This document shows, piece by piece, positions 47,666 to 61,600 of a stretch of 64,000 nt of DNA. Both the position numbers and the translations under genes were made by a program. This DNA is from Azolla caroliniana. Its lineage: Eukaryota > Plantae > Polypodiophyta. Under the pieces are notes generated by a model that had not been told where the DNA came from, did not search any database, and saw only the letters and a program-made list of their open reading frames with translations. Position 1 is the first letter of the stretch; each line of letters begins with the position of its first letter. Location: assembly GCA_043228905.1 (NCBI GenBank), contig JBHGNT010000017.1, forward strand, positions 14,260,001 to 14,324,000. Reading direction: 5' to 3'.

Positions 47666-48377
47666 AGGCCAAGCGGAGAAAAGGGAAGCGAAGGACACGT
47701 CGACACCGTTACAGCAAGGGAACTAAGAAGGACCAAACAAGCAGACAAGCCGACTGGAAGGGTTGAAGCGCGCGGAATCGAACGGGTCGAGGAGCGCAAG
47801 CGAGGTGTGAAGCCAGAAGTAACCGGAGTGTAGATCCGGAAGAGCAGACAAAACCTCAAGTTCAGCTTGAGGGGGAGTGTTGAGATACAAGCTCAACATT
47901 GGGTGCGTAATATGACGTGTAACTTAGTGCGTAGGCTGAACGCGTAAGTTAGTACGCACAACTTGGCCATATTGGTGCGTAAACCGAAAGGCCGTTGGAA
48001 AGCTATTCCTCGTAAGGAATAATTTTGGGAGTAAGTGTCGCGGCTCATTTATGAGCAGTCAAGTATTGTCAGTACTTGTGTCAGCCCGATTGTCAAGGCT
48101 TGTATAAAAGGTGCTCATTGAGCACGGTGTATGTACATAATAGAGAATTATTTTGAATTTGATCTATTGTGTTTCTCTGTCTATGTCTCTCCCTCTCCCT
48201 CTCCATCTCTGTGTTTTCTGTGTTTACTGAACTCTATACTGTGCCTTTTACGCACATGCTTCCACACAACATATTCTTTTACATATATGTTATCACGATA
48301 TTATAAATCACCATTTGAAAGAAAAACAAAACGGTGATATAAAGTCAACAAATTCATAGGTACATAGACAAGGAAAT

Positions 48378-51300
48378 TGTAAAAGAATACGTTGTGCGGA
48401 AGCAATAGAAAACCGAACACAGAAAACATAGGTTTAATGGAGAGCTTAGAATATACACAGTACGTGGGAGAGACAGAGAATGAGCAGAACGTTAATAATC
48501 TATTACAAAACAATAATAGTTCTCTGTACATGAAACGTGTTCAACAACACTATTTATACAAGTCCTAAGAGGACTGACAGAAGTACAAGGTACTTCAATG
48601 CTCACTCGAGCGTCTGACACTAACTACGAGACTATAAATTACCTAGTAGTCTAGGCTACTACTAGGTTTCCGGTTGCTGTTCGATCTAGCTAACCGGCTC
48701 CCCAGCTCACCGGCTCGTTTCACTCACCGGGTGCTCATCGGCTTGCTGAACTATCTCGTTCACCAGCTCAGGCTTATTCAGTCAATCCCACTCTAGGTGA
48801 GCTTGCTGCTCAACACTCCCCCTCAAGCTTAACTTGAGGTCGGATCGCAGTATCAGTGTCTGTGGTAGCCGGTCCCTCCACTCGACTCCTTCTGGTGTCA
48901 CTCCGCCTCGCTCGCGCTCCTCATCCGGTCTAGTCCTGTTTGCCGCGACCCCTCTGGTTCTGCGCGCCTTGACCTCCTCAGTCAACTTGTCTACTCAACA
49001 AGCCCAATTCAGCTCCCTCGCTGTTGTGACTTCGGCGTTTGTCGATTCGCCGATTCCTTCATGTTGGCGTCGACTTTTTCTGCCATCTCGTCCTCTTGGC
49101 CTTGAATTGATCCGGTTCTTCCGAATCCGTTTGTTGAACCGAATCGACTATCTCCGATTCGTTCCAGCTCTTGTCCGAATCGGTCGCTCCTGATTTGTCT
49201 TCCGGTTCCAGGTCCTTCACCACATCGGACCATGTTTGGGTCCTGGCCTTCTTCTTCTAGTCGGCTTTGTCCTTCTTGGCTCTGCCGCCACTGCCACTTG
49301 TTCCGACTTGTTCGGATGTGTCAACTTCCTTTGTCGACTCGGCTCCTTTCTTCTTCTTGTCTCTCCCCGTGTCGATTCTTCCCTTACTGGCGCAATCGAC
49401 AATATCTTTGCCTTTGCCCATTCTAGTGTCTTTGCCTGTTCTCCCTCTCAAGTGTGGCATGTCGAGATGTTGAACACCAAGCATTTTGGTGAAGTGTTGC
49501 AATTTGTTCGATCCGAGCGGTTTTGTGAAGATGTCGGCAACTTGTCGATCCGTATGAACATACCGAAGTTTGACTTCACCGCTCAGAACATGCTCACGCA
49601 CGAAGTGATAGTGCACTTCTATGTGCTTTGTGCGAGCATGGAATATGGGGTTCTTGGCGAGCTGCATGCTGCCGATGTTGTCATATTAGATTAGGATCGG
49701 GGTCGGCACCTCAATCCGTAGGTCTAGCATATGTCACCGAAGCAAAATGGCTTCATAGGTGGCAATAGTAGCGCCCCAATATTCAGCCTCAGTGCTCGAT
49801 AGAGCCACTGTTGGCTGCTTTTTGCTGCTCCACGCAATAGTTGCGCTACCAAGGCAGAACATGTAGCCAAAGGTAGATCGGCGATCCGATGCATCGCCGG
49901 CCCAGTCGGCATCGGTGTAGCCGACTAGCTCTTCGGTTATACCATGCTGGTATAACAATCCACATTCCTTCGTGCCGCTCACATATCGAAAAATTCGATG
50001 TGCGCACAAAAGGTGCTCCATGGTCGGCTTCTGCATATATTGGTTGATCAAGCCGACTGGATAATTGATGTCAGGTCGGGTGATTGTCAGATATATAAGG
50101 CTTCCGAACATTTTTCGATACTGTTTCTCATCGTAGGTAGGTCCGGAGTCGGGACGGAGCTTCTGGTTCCGATCCAGGGGTGTGGATATCGGTCGGCATT
50201 CCGTCATGCCGAACTTGTACAACATATTCAACACATAGTGTCTTTGTGAGACCAATATGCCGTCGGGGGTTCGGATCACCTCGATCCCAAGGAAATAGTG
50301 AAGGTCCCCCAAATCCTTCATCTCAAATGCACTCGAGAACTGGGAATTGACTCGGCTGATTTCATCGAGTCTGGGTCCGGTGATGACTAGATCATCAACA
50401 TAGAACAAGATGCAAACCGGACCGTCTGGACCTTGCTAGATGAACAACGAAGAGTCAGACATGGAGGCCGCAAACCCCGTCTTACGCAACTGGTGCGTAA
50501 TCTTCGCATTCCAAGCTTGAGGGGCTTGCTTCAGGCCATAAAGTGACTTCTTCAGCCGGCATACTGCCGACTTGTTCATCCCCAACTGGAAATCGGGGGG
50601 TTGGATCATAAAGACCTCTTCTTCAAGATCTCCTTGAAGAAATGCATTCCTGACATCCATTTGGTGAAGATGCCACCCCCTTGCCGTTGCAACCGCCAAC
50701 ACCACATGAACCGTCGTCATCTTCGCTATTGGAGCAAAGGTCTCGTCATAGTCAATTCCGTGGGTCTGCGCGTATCCGTTCGCCACTAACCGGGCCTTGT
50801 ACCGGTTAACCGAACCATCGACATTGTACTTTACCTTGTATACCCACTTACGTCCGATCGGTTTGTAGTGTCAGGGAGGGTCAACGAGGTCCCATGTGTC
50901 GTTGGCATCAAGTGCCCGTATTTCTTCCTTCATAGCGGCACGCCAATTTGCGTCCTTTGCCGCTTCTACGTAACTCTCCGGCTCACGCACTTCTGCCACC
51001 TTGGTCATGTATGCATAATGATGCTCCATGTATTCATTGTACTCGTACCGCATAACTTGGTTCTTTAGGCAGGAAGACCGGTGTAACTTGGTATTACCCG
51101 GTTTGGGGCCCTTCTTGGCCGGTTCAGACTTCATTGCTGAATTCCGTCTTCATCCTTTCCGGAGTCGGACTCGCTCCGATCCAATTGAATGCTAACGGTT
51201 TCGTATTCCGACATCTTCTTCTTCCCGTTCTCTTTGCGCATTAACCGTCTCTTTGGTTCCTTGCATGGGGAGAGCACGGCAGAGTCTCCATTACTCGCCG

Positions 51301-51485
51301 GTTCCTCATCCGACTGGTCATCCCGATTCAGCCGCTCATTCGGTCCACTGAACTGAAATGAGATCAGACTCTCTTCTAGAGTGCCGAGGTCTTCATCTAC
51401 CTGGACCGATTCAGGCTCACTAGCCTCATCCTCCAGTATCGGGTCGAGGTCGGAAGTCGGCGCCGGTAAGGCATACCATGATGTT
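48378..51485 (-). mobile_element. 5'-truncated Copia (3' LTR plus degenerate RT/RNase H)
   Basis: LTR at 48378-48815 with adjacent PPT (CTCCCCCTCAAG on +); RT/RH ORFs at 49257-51532. Confidence 0.88.
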
Positions 51486-51530
51486 GTTTCCTTGTCTATG
51501 CACCTATGAATTTGTTGACTTCTGATCACC

Positions 51531-54500
51531 ATTTTCTTTTTTTTTTCCTTTTAAAAATGAAGCTACTTTCCTATTAGTTAGGAGAGATTATTACAAAAAG
51601 ACTGTACGAGGAGGCTTATACACAAATCCGGGAATATCCCTCTGATCATGTTCAAGAAATTGAAACTGCTTACATAGCCTTTTGCATTGACTACTTAATG
51701 TAGGTAGATATCTATAGCTAAAAATGGTGCCCTTCAGTGTTGGCTTGTACGAGCCAATTCCTGGGGCCTACAACGAAGGGAGGGAGGCAGGTGAGTTGGA
51801 AACAACCAGCGTGCGGCCCGGTAGTTCCACCTTGGGCCACTTCCTCCTTGTGTCATTATAGGCGTGTTTCACCATTTCTGCCAAAAGCGAAAACGGGCAG
51901 TGACTTTGTCGTTGGAATGGCGGCAAAACTCGTCCAATTGCCCTCTTAGGCAACTGATAAGCGCAAACCATATGTGCATGATCACTTCCTCCGGGGGCCG
52001 TACGGGATCTTGAAACACCTTTAGGCAACACACTTTCCATATATACCACAGGGTGAAGACTGCGAACAACGCCCAAATTTCCAGGAACCTAGGGGATGTG
52101 GACTACAAGCCTCTCTCAAAACGAATCTTGGCGATTTTTCCTCTCGTGCATACGTAGCACGAACTCTCGACATTGAAGACGTCCGTCCACCTATCAACGG
52201 ATTGATCAATCCATGCCGCAACACTCCATGATGTTGTTCCTTCCGCTTCACAGGCCGCAAGGAGGCGAGTCACTCTATCCCACACCTTTTGAGCTTGAGG
52301 GCAATGCCACAGAAAATGTCTCAGAGTCTCAATAGGTGAAGGGCAAACTGGGCAACCTAATGTGCCGCCACGTCTACTTAGCCATTTACCAATAGGAACC
52401 ACATTATGACCGACTTACCACCAAAAGAGCGTGATCTTTTTAGGCATGTGGAGATGCTAGAGACCCTTCCAAAAGGTAATGCGCACCTCATGAGGGATGC
52501 CCAATGTTCGCCAACCATTGCGTAAGGGGCCTTCTAGCTGCAGTTGTAAAGTCCGGCCAAATTTAGTGTTGTACTCGAAGAACTGGCGGAATCTGCCATC
52601 ATATTTCCACCTAAAATCCCATGGGTCCCATTCTAGTTCGATGAGGGGACGACAACCGTATACCCATAAATTCCAATGGGGTTCCACCTTTGCAACATCC
52701 GGGTCTGTCTTCTAGCTATTATCAACTTGCACCACCACTCGGATTGGGTTCTAAGAGCCCCTACTCTGACTCTCCCCAAAATTTGTATCTCTTCCTGATT
52801 CGCTCACGCCCTTTAGCAACTTAACCATTCCAGCCTCATCAAAGAGACCAAACTATGCATCTTCTCTCATCTCCCCCAACGGAACCCTATCAACTGCCTC
52901 AACTATCAATCTCCGCATTTTCATGGCTCCCTTGAGGGGATGAAACGAGGCCTCCTGGGCTCCTCTTGAAGCCACCGTGCGTCTCCAATCATGTATAGAG
53001 TGGAGCCCTATCTGCGCCAACTTTCCTCATGCTAGGCCCTTAAGCTGCCCTAAAATCATGTTGTCACTTGTTCGCACCTGAGGGTTCCAAAATAATGGTT
53101 GTCTAGACCACTCGATTAGTGTCTCTAGGGTGTGCTAGACCAAATGATGTTGTATGTGACACCATGCCCGCAAGATGAAGTTCGTGACCTTGTCCTCCGA
53201 TTGACAAGCCATCTTGGGTGGGACTCCGCTCGTGCAACACCAATTTAAGGAGTCAGGCCAAGGCCTACCATATTTGGGAGTCCTTGCTTGCAACCTGTTG
53301 CGAAGTAGTACCTTCCAACACCCCTTACCTGGCAGGAGGCATCGAACCACCATTTTGACTAGCAATGCTCCGCTCTGCATTAAGGGCTCTATGAGTCCAA
53401 GCCCCCCTTTGGCCCGTAGTTGTGTTAATGAATGCCATGACACTCTGGCGGTAGCCATCAGGTCGTCCTGACCTGACCATATAAACCCCCTTATCGTAGC
53501 CTTAATTGCGTGCAAACTTGCAGGAGACTGAGTGCCATATGGTGGCGATCATCACTTGGTTCGCAATAAGAACCCTACCAACGAAGGATAATTTAGATCT
53601 GCTCCATTGGTTCAACTTCTTGCTTATTTTGGTTTGCACATGGGACAATTGCACTCCCTTGGGGATTGCCCTCCCCATCATAAATCCTAGGTACTTGAAT
53701 GTCGTCCCATCAGGGACCCATGTAAAATCAGCGTGGGGTTACCACCTTAGTTTCTCTAGTTTGTTGAACCAGAGGCCTTGGGTTTTATCCCAATTGACCT
53801 TGGCACCAGCAGCTTGACAAAAGTCCTCAACAAGATGTTCAGCCCGCTGCAAATTCTCATCATTGCCCTGCAAGAAAAGGACTGTATCGTTGGCATATTC
53901 AGATAACAGAAGATCTTCAATCACATTGGGGATGGGCAATCCCCTCATTCCGTTGCTTGGTGCTTGTAAGTAGGCAGAGAAAGCCTCGGTTACAAATAGA
54001 TAGAGATAGGGGGCTAGGGGACAACCTTGCCTCACTGAGCGATGTAGTTGGAAGGAGGGGCCCCTAGCACGCTACTAGTAGCAGTCTGATAGAGTGCAGA
54101 AGTGCAATTCCTCCATTGTTGGGGTAGGCCCATAGCTCTCATCACACATTCCAAAAAGGACCATAACACCCTTTCATAGGCCTTCTCAAAGTCTAACATC
54201 AAAATAGCCGAGCTCGAAACGGAGCGATCTACCAATGCCATAACTTCCCAAAGAACCAACACATTATCAAAGATACACCTACCCTTGATATACCCTATTT
54301 GATTCTCATGTATGATGTCTAGTAAGAAGCTTGCTATCCGCCGAGCTAGGACTTTTGCGAGTATCGTGTATATCGTGTTAAGGATCGTGATTGGACGCCA
54401 TTGTCGAAGCTGTAGGCCTCGCCCTGCCACTTTAGGGATGAGATAGATCATCCCCTCAGCCAGGCCAGTCGGCATCATACCTGAGGTCCAAATCTCTTGA

Positions 54501-55187
54501 ACCCTAGCTTCCAATGAAAGGATAACACTTTCCCAATGAGTCTCAAAAAAATCTCGCGAGAGACCATTGGGGCCGGGGCAATGCTCCTCTCCACAATTCT
54601 CTGAGTGCCTCCGAGAGTTCTAATTGACAAATGGGGCTATCAAGCACAACTTCCATCTCATGGGTTACCTTGGGGTGAATGCAAGCCATCACCCTCTCAG
54701 CCACCTCCGTGTTTTGCCGCATATGCACAGGTGCGAGCAGGCCGCGATAATATTGTGTTTCCATATGCTAAATCTCAAGGTTGTCCTTTGTTATTGAGCC
54801 GTCTGGTTTGCGCAACCCTTGTATATGTCCACCACCATCCTTGGGTGCCCTAGACTGAACGAAATGTCGGTTGATCTTGTCATCTATTCTAGCCCACCAT
54901 GTTGTGGTCCTTCGAAATACCATTCGGTTCTTCTCCAACATCCTTTCCTGCAGCTTCATCTTTGCTTCCTCCAGCTCAGCTCTAGACAAATTGCAACCAA
55001 GGTCTGCTTGTAGCAACTGTTGCGTTGCCACAACGGACTTCCTTAATTTTGTTTCAATGGATCTGACTTGCTAGAGGGCCTGTTTGGTTTCCTGTTCTAA
55101 AAAGGAGGAGGAGAGGGCCAATTTTTTCCGCAAACCCTCACTAGCCGATTCACTTATATTGGTCTTCCGCCATATACTCTGTAGACC
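51531..55187 (-). mobile_element. Degenerate L1-type LINE (ORF2 RT plus C-terminal zinc finger), cut off by a Copia insertion
   Basis: WRPITILNTIY, LDFEKAYERV, RQGCPLAPYLY, EYAND, CPVC..ETLRHFLWHC; T-rich tail at ~51532-51552. Confidence 0.88.
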
Positions 55188-58148
55188 TGTTAAGAAATGG
55201 AGTTTGTGGTGATTGCAATGCAGCGGAAGATGAGAGACTATGTGTGTGTGTGTGTGTGTAGCAACAGAGAGAGAGAGAGAGAGAGAGTGAAAGCTCAAAG
55301 ACAGAGATAATCAAACTGTATATTACATAAGACTTCCAACATTAGCTAAGTTACAATGAGTTGGTTTATATACCAACTAAACTAGGGCAAGCACCCTTTC
55401 TACTATTTACAAAACTAGCCTGGTATGTCCATGGGCTAGTGTGAAGCTATTCCTATGGGAAGTTGAGTTCGATTCTCAACACGCCCCTTCGAACACAACT
55501 TCCATCTGTTCGGTTTTAAGTTCGGCGTACATATCTGCGTATCAATGCATACTTTGCATACTCCCCCTCAAGCTCGGCAATGTAGGCAGCATGAGACCAA
55601 GATCCAATGCAAATTGCTCGAGTTTGTCTACTCCTAAGGCCTTCGTAAATATGTCAGCAAGCTAGAGGTGTGTGTTGATGTGTTGGAGATCGATTTCTCC
55701 AACCTGTACGCACTTGCGGATGAAGTGGTAGTGCACTTCGATGTGTTTAGTCCGCACGTGAAATACAGGATTGCGCGCCAAGTAGATACTGCTCATGTTG
55801 TCACAGTATAGACGTATTGGATCTTTGATGGGAACGCCAAGATCCTTGAGGACGCGCTTAAGCCATACATCTTCACATGCGGCGACTGTTGCGCCCCTAT
55901 ATTCGGCTTCTGTGCTCAACAGTGCGACTGCCGGCTGTTTCTTGCTGCTCTAGGAGATTGCTCCGCTGTCGAGGGAGAAGACGAATCCGGATGTGGATCG
56001 TCTATCTGCTTTGTATCCTGCCCAGTCCGCATCTATGTACCCTCCATGTTGAACAGTCTTATTCGACTTATATACGATGTCGTGATCCATTGTTGTAGTG
56101 ACATACCGTAGTATCCTCTTAGCACAATCAAGATGAAGGTTACACGGATTCTGCATAAATTGGCTAAGTAGGCCGACCAAATAACTTAGGTCGGGTCGCG
56201 TAATGGGGAGATAGATCAAGTTACCGATCAGTTGGCGATACTTAGTCGGTTCAGTCTCAGCCGTGCCGGAACTAGCATCAATCTTGATATTGCGATCAAG
56301 AGGGGTAGTCATAGGTTTGCACTTTGTCATTCCAAATTTGTACAGTAAGTTGAGGACATAGTGCCGTTGTGAGATCATTATCCCGACTAGTGTCCGAATT
56401 ACTTCAATACCTAGGAAGTAATGAAGTTCGTGCAGGTCTTTCATTTCGAATCTGCCGGAAAGAAGTGATTTAACTTTGTTAATCTCAGCGAGATCCTTTC
56501 CTCCGATGACCAAATCATCCAGGTACAAGATGATGATTGTCGGGCTATCCGACTTGTTTCGGATATACAGAGAGGTGTCGGATTTTGACATCCGAAATCC
56601 GACTTGATGAAGATATTGCGTGATCTTCGAATGCCAAGCACACAATGCTTGTTTGAGGCCGTAAAGTTGCTTCTTGAGTCGGCAAATGGCGTGCGGATGT
56701 TTACGCGATTCGAATCCGGGTGGTTGTGTCATATACACTTCTTCTTCTTGCTCTCCTTGGAGGAAGGTGTTTTTCACGTCCATTTGGTGGAGGTGCCACC
56801 CTTTCGCTGCGGCAAGTGCAATTACGGTTCGTACTATGGTCATCATTGCCACTGGGGGAAAGGTCTCTTCGTAGTCTACACCGTGTGTTTGTGCGTATCC
56901 TTTTGCAACGAGCCGTGCTTTGAAGCGATTTACAGAGTCGTCGGCATTATGTTTCAATTTGTAAATCCACCTACAACCGATCGGTTTCTTCTTCGGGGGA
57001 TGAGGAACGAGATCCCATGTCTCGTTTTTACATAACGCTTCCATTTCCTCATTCATTGCATTAACCCATCGCGGATCCTTCATAGCTTCAGAAAGCGTTT
57101 TTTGGCTCCCGTATAGACGCTACCTTCATCATGAAGGCGTAATGATACGCTAAGTACTCATCATAGTCGTAGCGGTTTATGGGGTTTTTCTCACGCGTAG
57201 ATCGGCGTGGCTTGTCATTTGTGGACTCTAGAGGTTTCTTCACGCTGTCCGTGTGAATGTCAAGGCCTTCGAACTCACTATCAAGATCGAAATGGTCTTC
57301 GTATTCCTGCATTTTCTCCTTGCCTTTGTCTAGCTTCTGACTTGGCCAAAATGTGCTTTTATTACTTGGGGGCTCTTGCGGTCCACGCAGCCATGTCATA
57401 GTTGGGTTGTCTTCGAACATCTACGTGAGCCGATCCTCTGCTTCTATTCTTATTTCAGTGTCATCCACATCGAGCGGACTCGAAGTATTCTTTGGTGCAT
57501 ACTAGGATGCGGACTCGTCGAACACTACGTCTCGACTGATGCGAACTTTTCGGGTAGATGGGTTGTAGCATTTGTACCCCTTTTGTGTGAGCGAGTATCC
57601 CACGAGGATGCATTTCTCCGACTTTGGATCGAGCTTTTGCCGCATATCGTCGGGAATGTGTACATAGGCAATTGAGCCGAAAATGCGGACATGCAATAAG
57701 TTCGGATTCTTCCCGAAAAACTTCTCATGCAGAGTTATATCGTGTACTGCCGAGGTTGTGCACCTATTCATGAGGTATACGGCCGTGTTTGCCGCTTCTG
57801 CCCAGTACGATTTTGGCAGGTTCTTTTCATTCCTCATGGCTCGTGCAACTTCTACTACATGGCGATTTTTACGCTCTGCTACGCCGTTTTGCTGAGGCGT
57901 GTGTTGACACGAGAACTCTCGTCGAATTCCTTCTTTTCGGAGATACACCGTAAACTCATACGAAAAGTATTCTTTACCTCCATTTGATCGAAGACAGCGT
58001 ACATGTTGACCCGTAGTTTTTTCGACTTCGGCTTTGAATGTCTCAAAGTGCCTGAACACTTCACTCTTCTGTTTCATCGGATAGACTCAGGTGTTCCTGG
58101 AGAATTCGTCGATGAACGTCACATAATAACAACATCCACTAAAGGTAG
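55188..58148 (-). mobile_element. Copia 3' half (LTR 55188-55481, RT/RH/INT remnants), interrupted in integrase
   Basis: TG..CA LTR containing (TG)n/(GA)n; ORFs 55662-55919, 55950-57083 and 57502-58077. Confidence 0.85.
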
Positions 58149-58665
58149 TGTTGAGCGGCAAGCTCAACCGGAGCCGGATCGGCTGAATAAGCCGGAGCCG
58201 GTAAGCGAGACGGATCGGGCGAAACGGATCGGTATGACGGTGAGCAACCAAACCGGCAAGCAGTGGAGGCCGGGTGCAATCCGTAACCGGCAGTCCAATC
58301 GGAAGCCTAGTATAGGATAGACTACTAGGTAGCTATAGTCTCGTAGTAAGTGTCAGATGCTCGTGTGAGCATTGAAGTACATGGTACTTCTGTCAGTCCC
58401 AAGAGGACTTGTATAAATAGTGCTACTTAGCACAGTGCGTACAGTCAGTGAGTCTTGATATAATTTTGAAATCGTGTTCTGCTCTCTCTGTCTCTCTCGC
58501 TCTCTCTCTCTCTCTCTCCCTCTCTCTCTATTGTTCTCTGTTTTATGCTTCCGCAAACACTTACATTTACATGGTATCAGAGCGCGAGGGTTGAGAACCT
58601 CTGCTGCAGACATTTACTCTTGAGAAGAAAACCCTAACAGGTCGAAAACAGACACAGTAGAAGAC

Positions 58666-61600
58666 ATGGATAGAGGCATGGCTACGTCGCTCCCGGTGGA
58701 GAAGCTCGACAGGAGCAACTACGCATCCTGGTCTTACAAGATGCACCAATACCTGCTTGGACACAAGTACTGGAGTTATGTCGAAGGAGCGAATGATGCG
58801 GCGCCAGACTCGGCACACAAGGACTTCCCGGTATGGGAACAAGCGGCAAGCAGGGTGATGTACTGCTTCGCGTCCAGTGTCGGCGATCAGCTGCTCAGCC
58901 ACATCCGTGACGCCAAGACACCGAAGGATGCTTGGGGGAACCTGAAAAAGGTTTTCGCCGCAAGTACCACTGCCCGGAAGCTGCAACTCAAACAGGAGTT
59001 GAGCAATGTTCGACAAAAGAACATGTCCGTGGTAGACTACGCGAGCCGGATAAAGGAGATCTGCGACTCGCTCGCCTCTACCAGTGCATCCCCGGACAGC
59101 CGAATGTTGTACACGGGAACGGATCAGCTCCGTGGGCGTGGTGGAAGAGGTGGGTCGGCACGCAATGGAGGCGGCCAACAAGAGCAGGAACGGAGGCACT
59201 ATGAGTGTGCCGACAGCAGTTCCGGGACTTCCACAAGCAGGGGGAGTCAAGGTGGTGCCGGAGGCCGGCAAGACAAATCCGCTACGGAATGCTGGTACTG
59301 TGGCAAAAAAGGCCACAGGGAAAGCGAGTGCTGGAGAAAGCGTGCCGATTCGGACAAATCCGGATCCGGCAAGACCGGTAAGGATGGCCGGCAAAACTCG
59401 CACTACGCAAACGGATCAGGGGGATCTGGAACCGGAAAGGCCGGTAAGGGACCAGCCTTGGTGATGAATCACAAGGCAAACTCAATGAAGAAGACCACTT
59501 CCAAAACGGAGGAAGTGTGGTATGTTGATTCCGGCGCGTCGAACCACATGACGAGCCACAAAGAGTGGTTCTCCTTTCTGGAGAAACCGGATCAACCAGG
59601 AGTAGTCGAAACCGGAGACGACACTCCTCACCCAATCGTGCACGTCGGAGAAGTCCCTCTAAGCCACGTCGGACAGAAAGGGAAGCTGATGAACGTATTA
59701 CACGTTCCGACAATCACGAAGAACCTGGTGTCCGTCGGTCAGATTGTCGACCAAGGGATGTAGGTGCGGTTTACACACCTCGGGTGCTTCATTGAGGGCG
59801 CAGAGACGGGAGGATGTTTATCCTCAACACCAATGACCTTGGCACCGCTCTGTTCGCGAATCGACAGAAGGTCGAGTCGGAAATCGACCTGTGGCACAAG
59901 CGAATAGGCCACGTCAACTACCGGAGGCTTCAAGACCTGCAAACGAAACAAGTCGTTTTCGGTTTGCCGAAGTTCAGCGGCCGGAGAGCCGAAATTTGTG
60001 AAGCCTGCCAACTTGGGAAGCAACACCGGCTTCCATTCCCCACCGAACGGAACCGGAACCGTAACAAGCTCGATCTCATCCATTCGGATGTGTGGGGACC
60101 GGCACAAAGTGTAAGCCTTGGCGGGAGCCGATACTTCGTCTCCTTCATCGACGACTATACTCGACATACTTGGATCTACCTCATTGAGGGGAAGAGTGAA
60201 GTCTTCGACTGTTTCCGAAGCCTCCAGAAGATGGTGGAACGGGAATCGGAGAGGAAGATCAAATGCCTTCGGTCGGATGGCGGAAAGGAATATTTTTCCG
60301 GCCAATTCACTAGTTATCTGCAGCAGAAGGGAATTCGGTGAGAGTTCAGCTGCAGATACACACCGGAGCAAAACGGTGTGGCCGAAAGGAAGAACCGGAC
60401 ACTCGTCGAAGCGGCAAGGGCAATGCTGGAGGAGAAGAGCATGCCCCGGTTCTACTGGGCGGAGGCGGTCCAGTCAGCCGTCTACATACAAAACCGCATT
60501 GGTGACAAGGTGTCAGCTCATGAGCTGTATTTCGGGCGCAACCCGAACTTAAGACACCTTCAGATATTCGGCAGCATAGCGTATGTGCATGTACCGGATC
60601 AGAAGCGGAGAAAGCTGGATGCAAAATCAGAAAAATGCATCCTAATGGGCTATGCTCAAGAGCAAAAGGGGTATAAGTGCTATAACCCCCGGACGAAGGA
60701 AGTCCGAGTTAGCCGGGATGTCGAGTTCGACGAATCAGCATCCTGGTACTCCGTACCGACTCCGACTTCCGATCCCAACCCAATGCCGGAAGATCAGGCC
60801 AGTGAGCCTGAATCAGCCCTGGTAGAGGATGATGAAGCCGGGACTCAAGATGAGAGTCCGGAATCGTTTCGGTTGAGTGGACCGAACGAGCGACTGAGTC
60901 GGTTGGACCAGTCGAATGAAGAGACGGCAAGTGGTGGAGACTTTGCCGTGCTCTCCCCGCGCAAGGAACCGAGGAAACGGTACACGCGCAAAGAGAAGGG
61001 GAAGAGGAAGATGCCGGAATTCGAAACCGGCAACGATGAGTCGGATCGGTGCGTATCCGACTCCGGAAAGGAGAAAGGCAGATCTTCGCTAACGAAGACC
61101 GAACTGGCCAAGAAGGGCCTCAAATCAGGTGACGGTGCGTTGCGCCGATCAACCCGCCAGAAGGATCCCGTCATACGGTACGGGTACAATGAATACACGG
61201 CGCATCATTATGCATACATGACTAAGGTGACAGAAGTGCGTGAGCCGGAGAGCTACGCAGAAGCGGCAAAGGACGCAAATTGGCGTGCCGCTATGGACAA
61301 AGAGATGCGGGCGCTTGATGCCAACGAAACTTGGGACCTAGTTGATCCTCCCCGTCACTGTAAACCGATCGGATGCAAGTGGGTTTACAAGGTCAAGTAC
61401 AATGCCAACGGTTCTGTTAACCGGTACAAAGCCCGGTTAGTGGTGAAGGGATACGTGCAGACCCACGGAATCGACTACGACGAGACCTTCGCTCCTGTGG
61501 CGAAGATGATGACGGTTCGTGTGGTACTGGCGGTTGCTGCGGCAAGGGGTGGCATCTTCACCAGATGGATGTGAAGAACGCCTTCCTTCAAGGAGAGCTT

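Larger units (their letters stand above)
27331..48283 (+). mobile_element. Old degenerate Copia LTR retrotransposon (outer element of the nest)
   Basis: LTRs at 27331-27744 and 47878-48283, TSD TATAT in array spacer, PBS TGGTATTAGAG, PPT TGAGGGGGAG. Gag starts at ~27853 and resumes at 43215. Confidence 0.93.
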
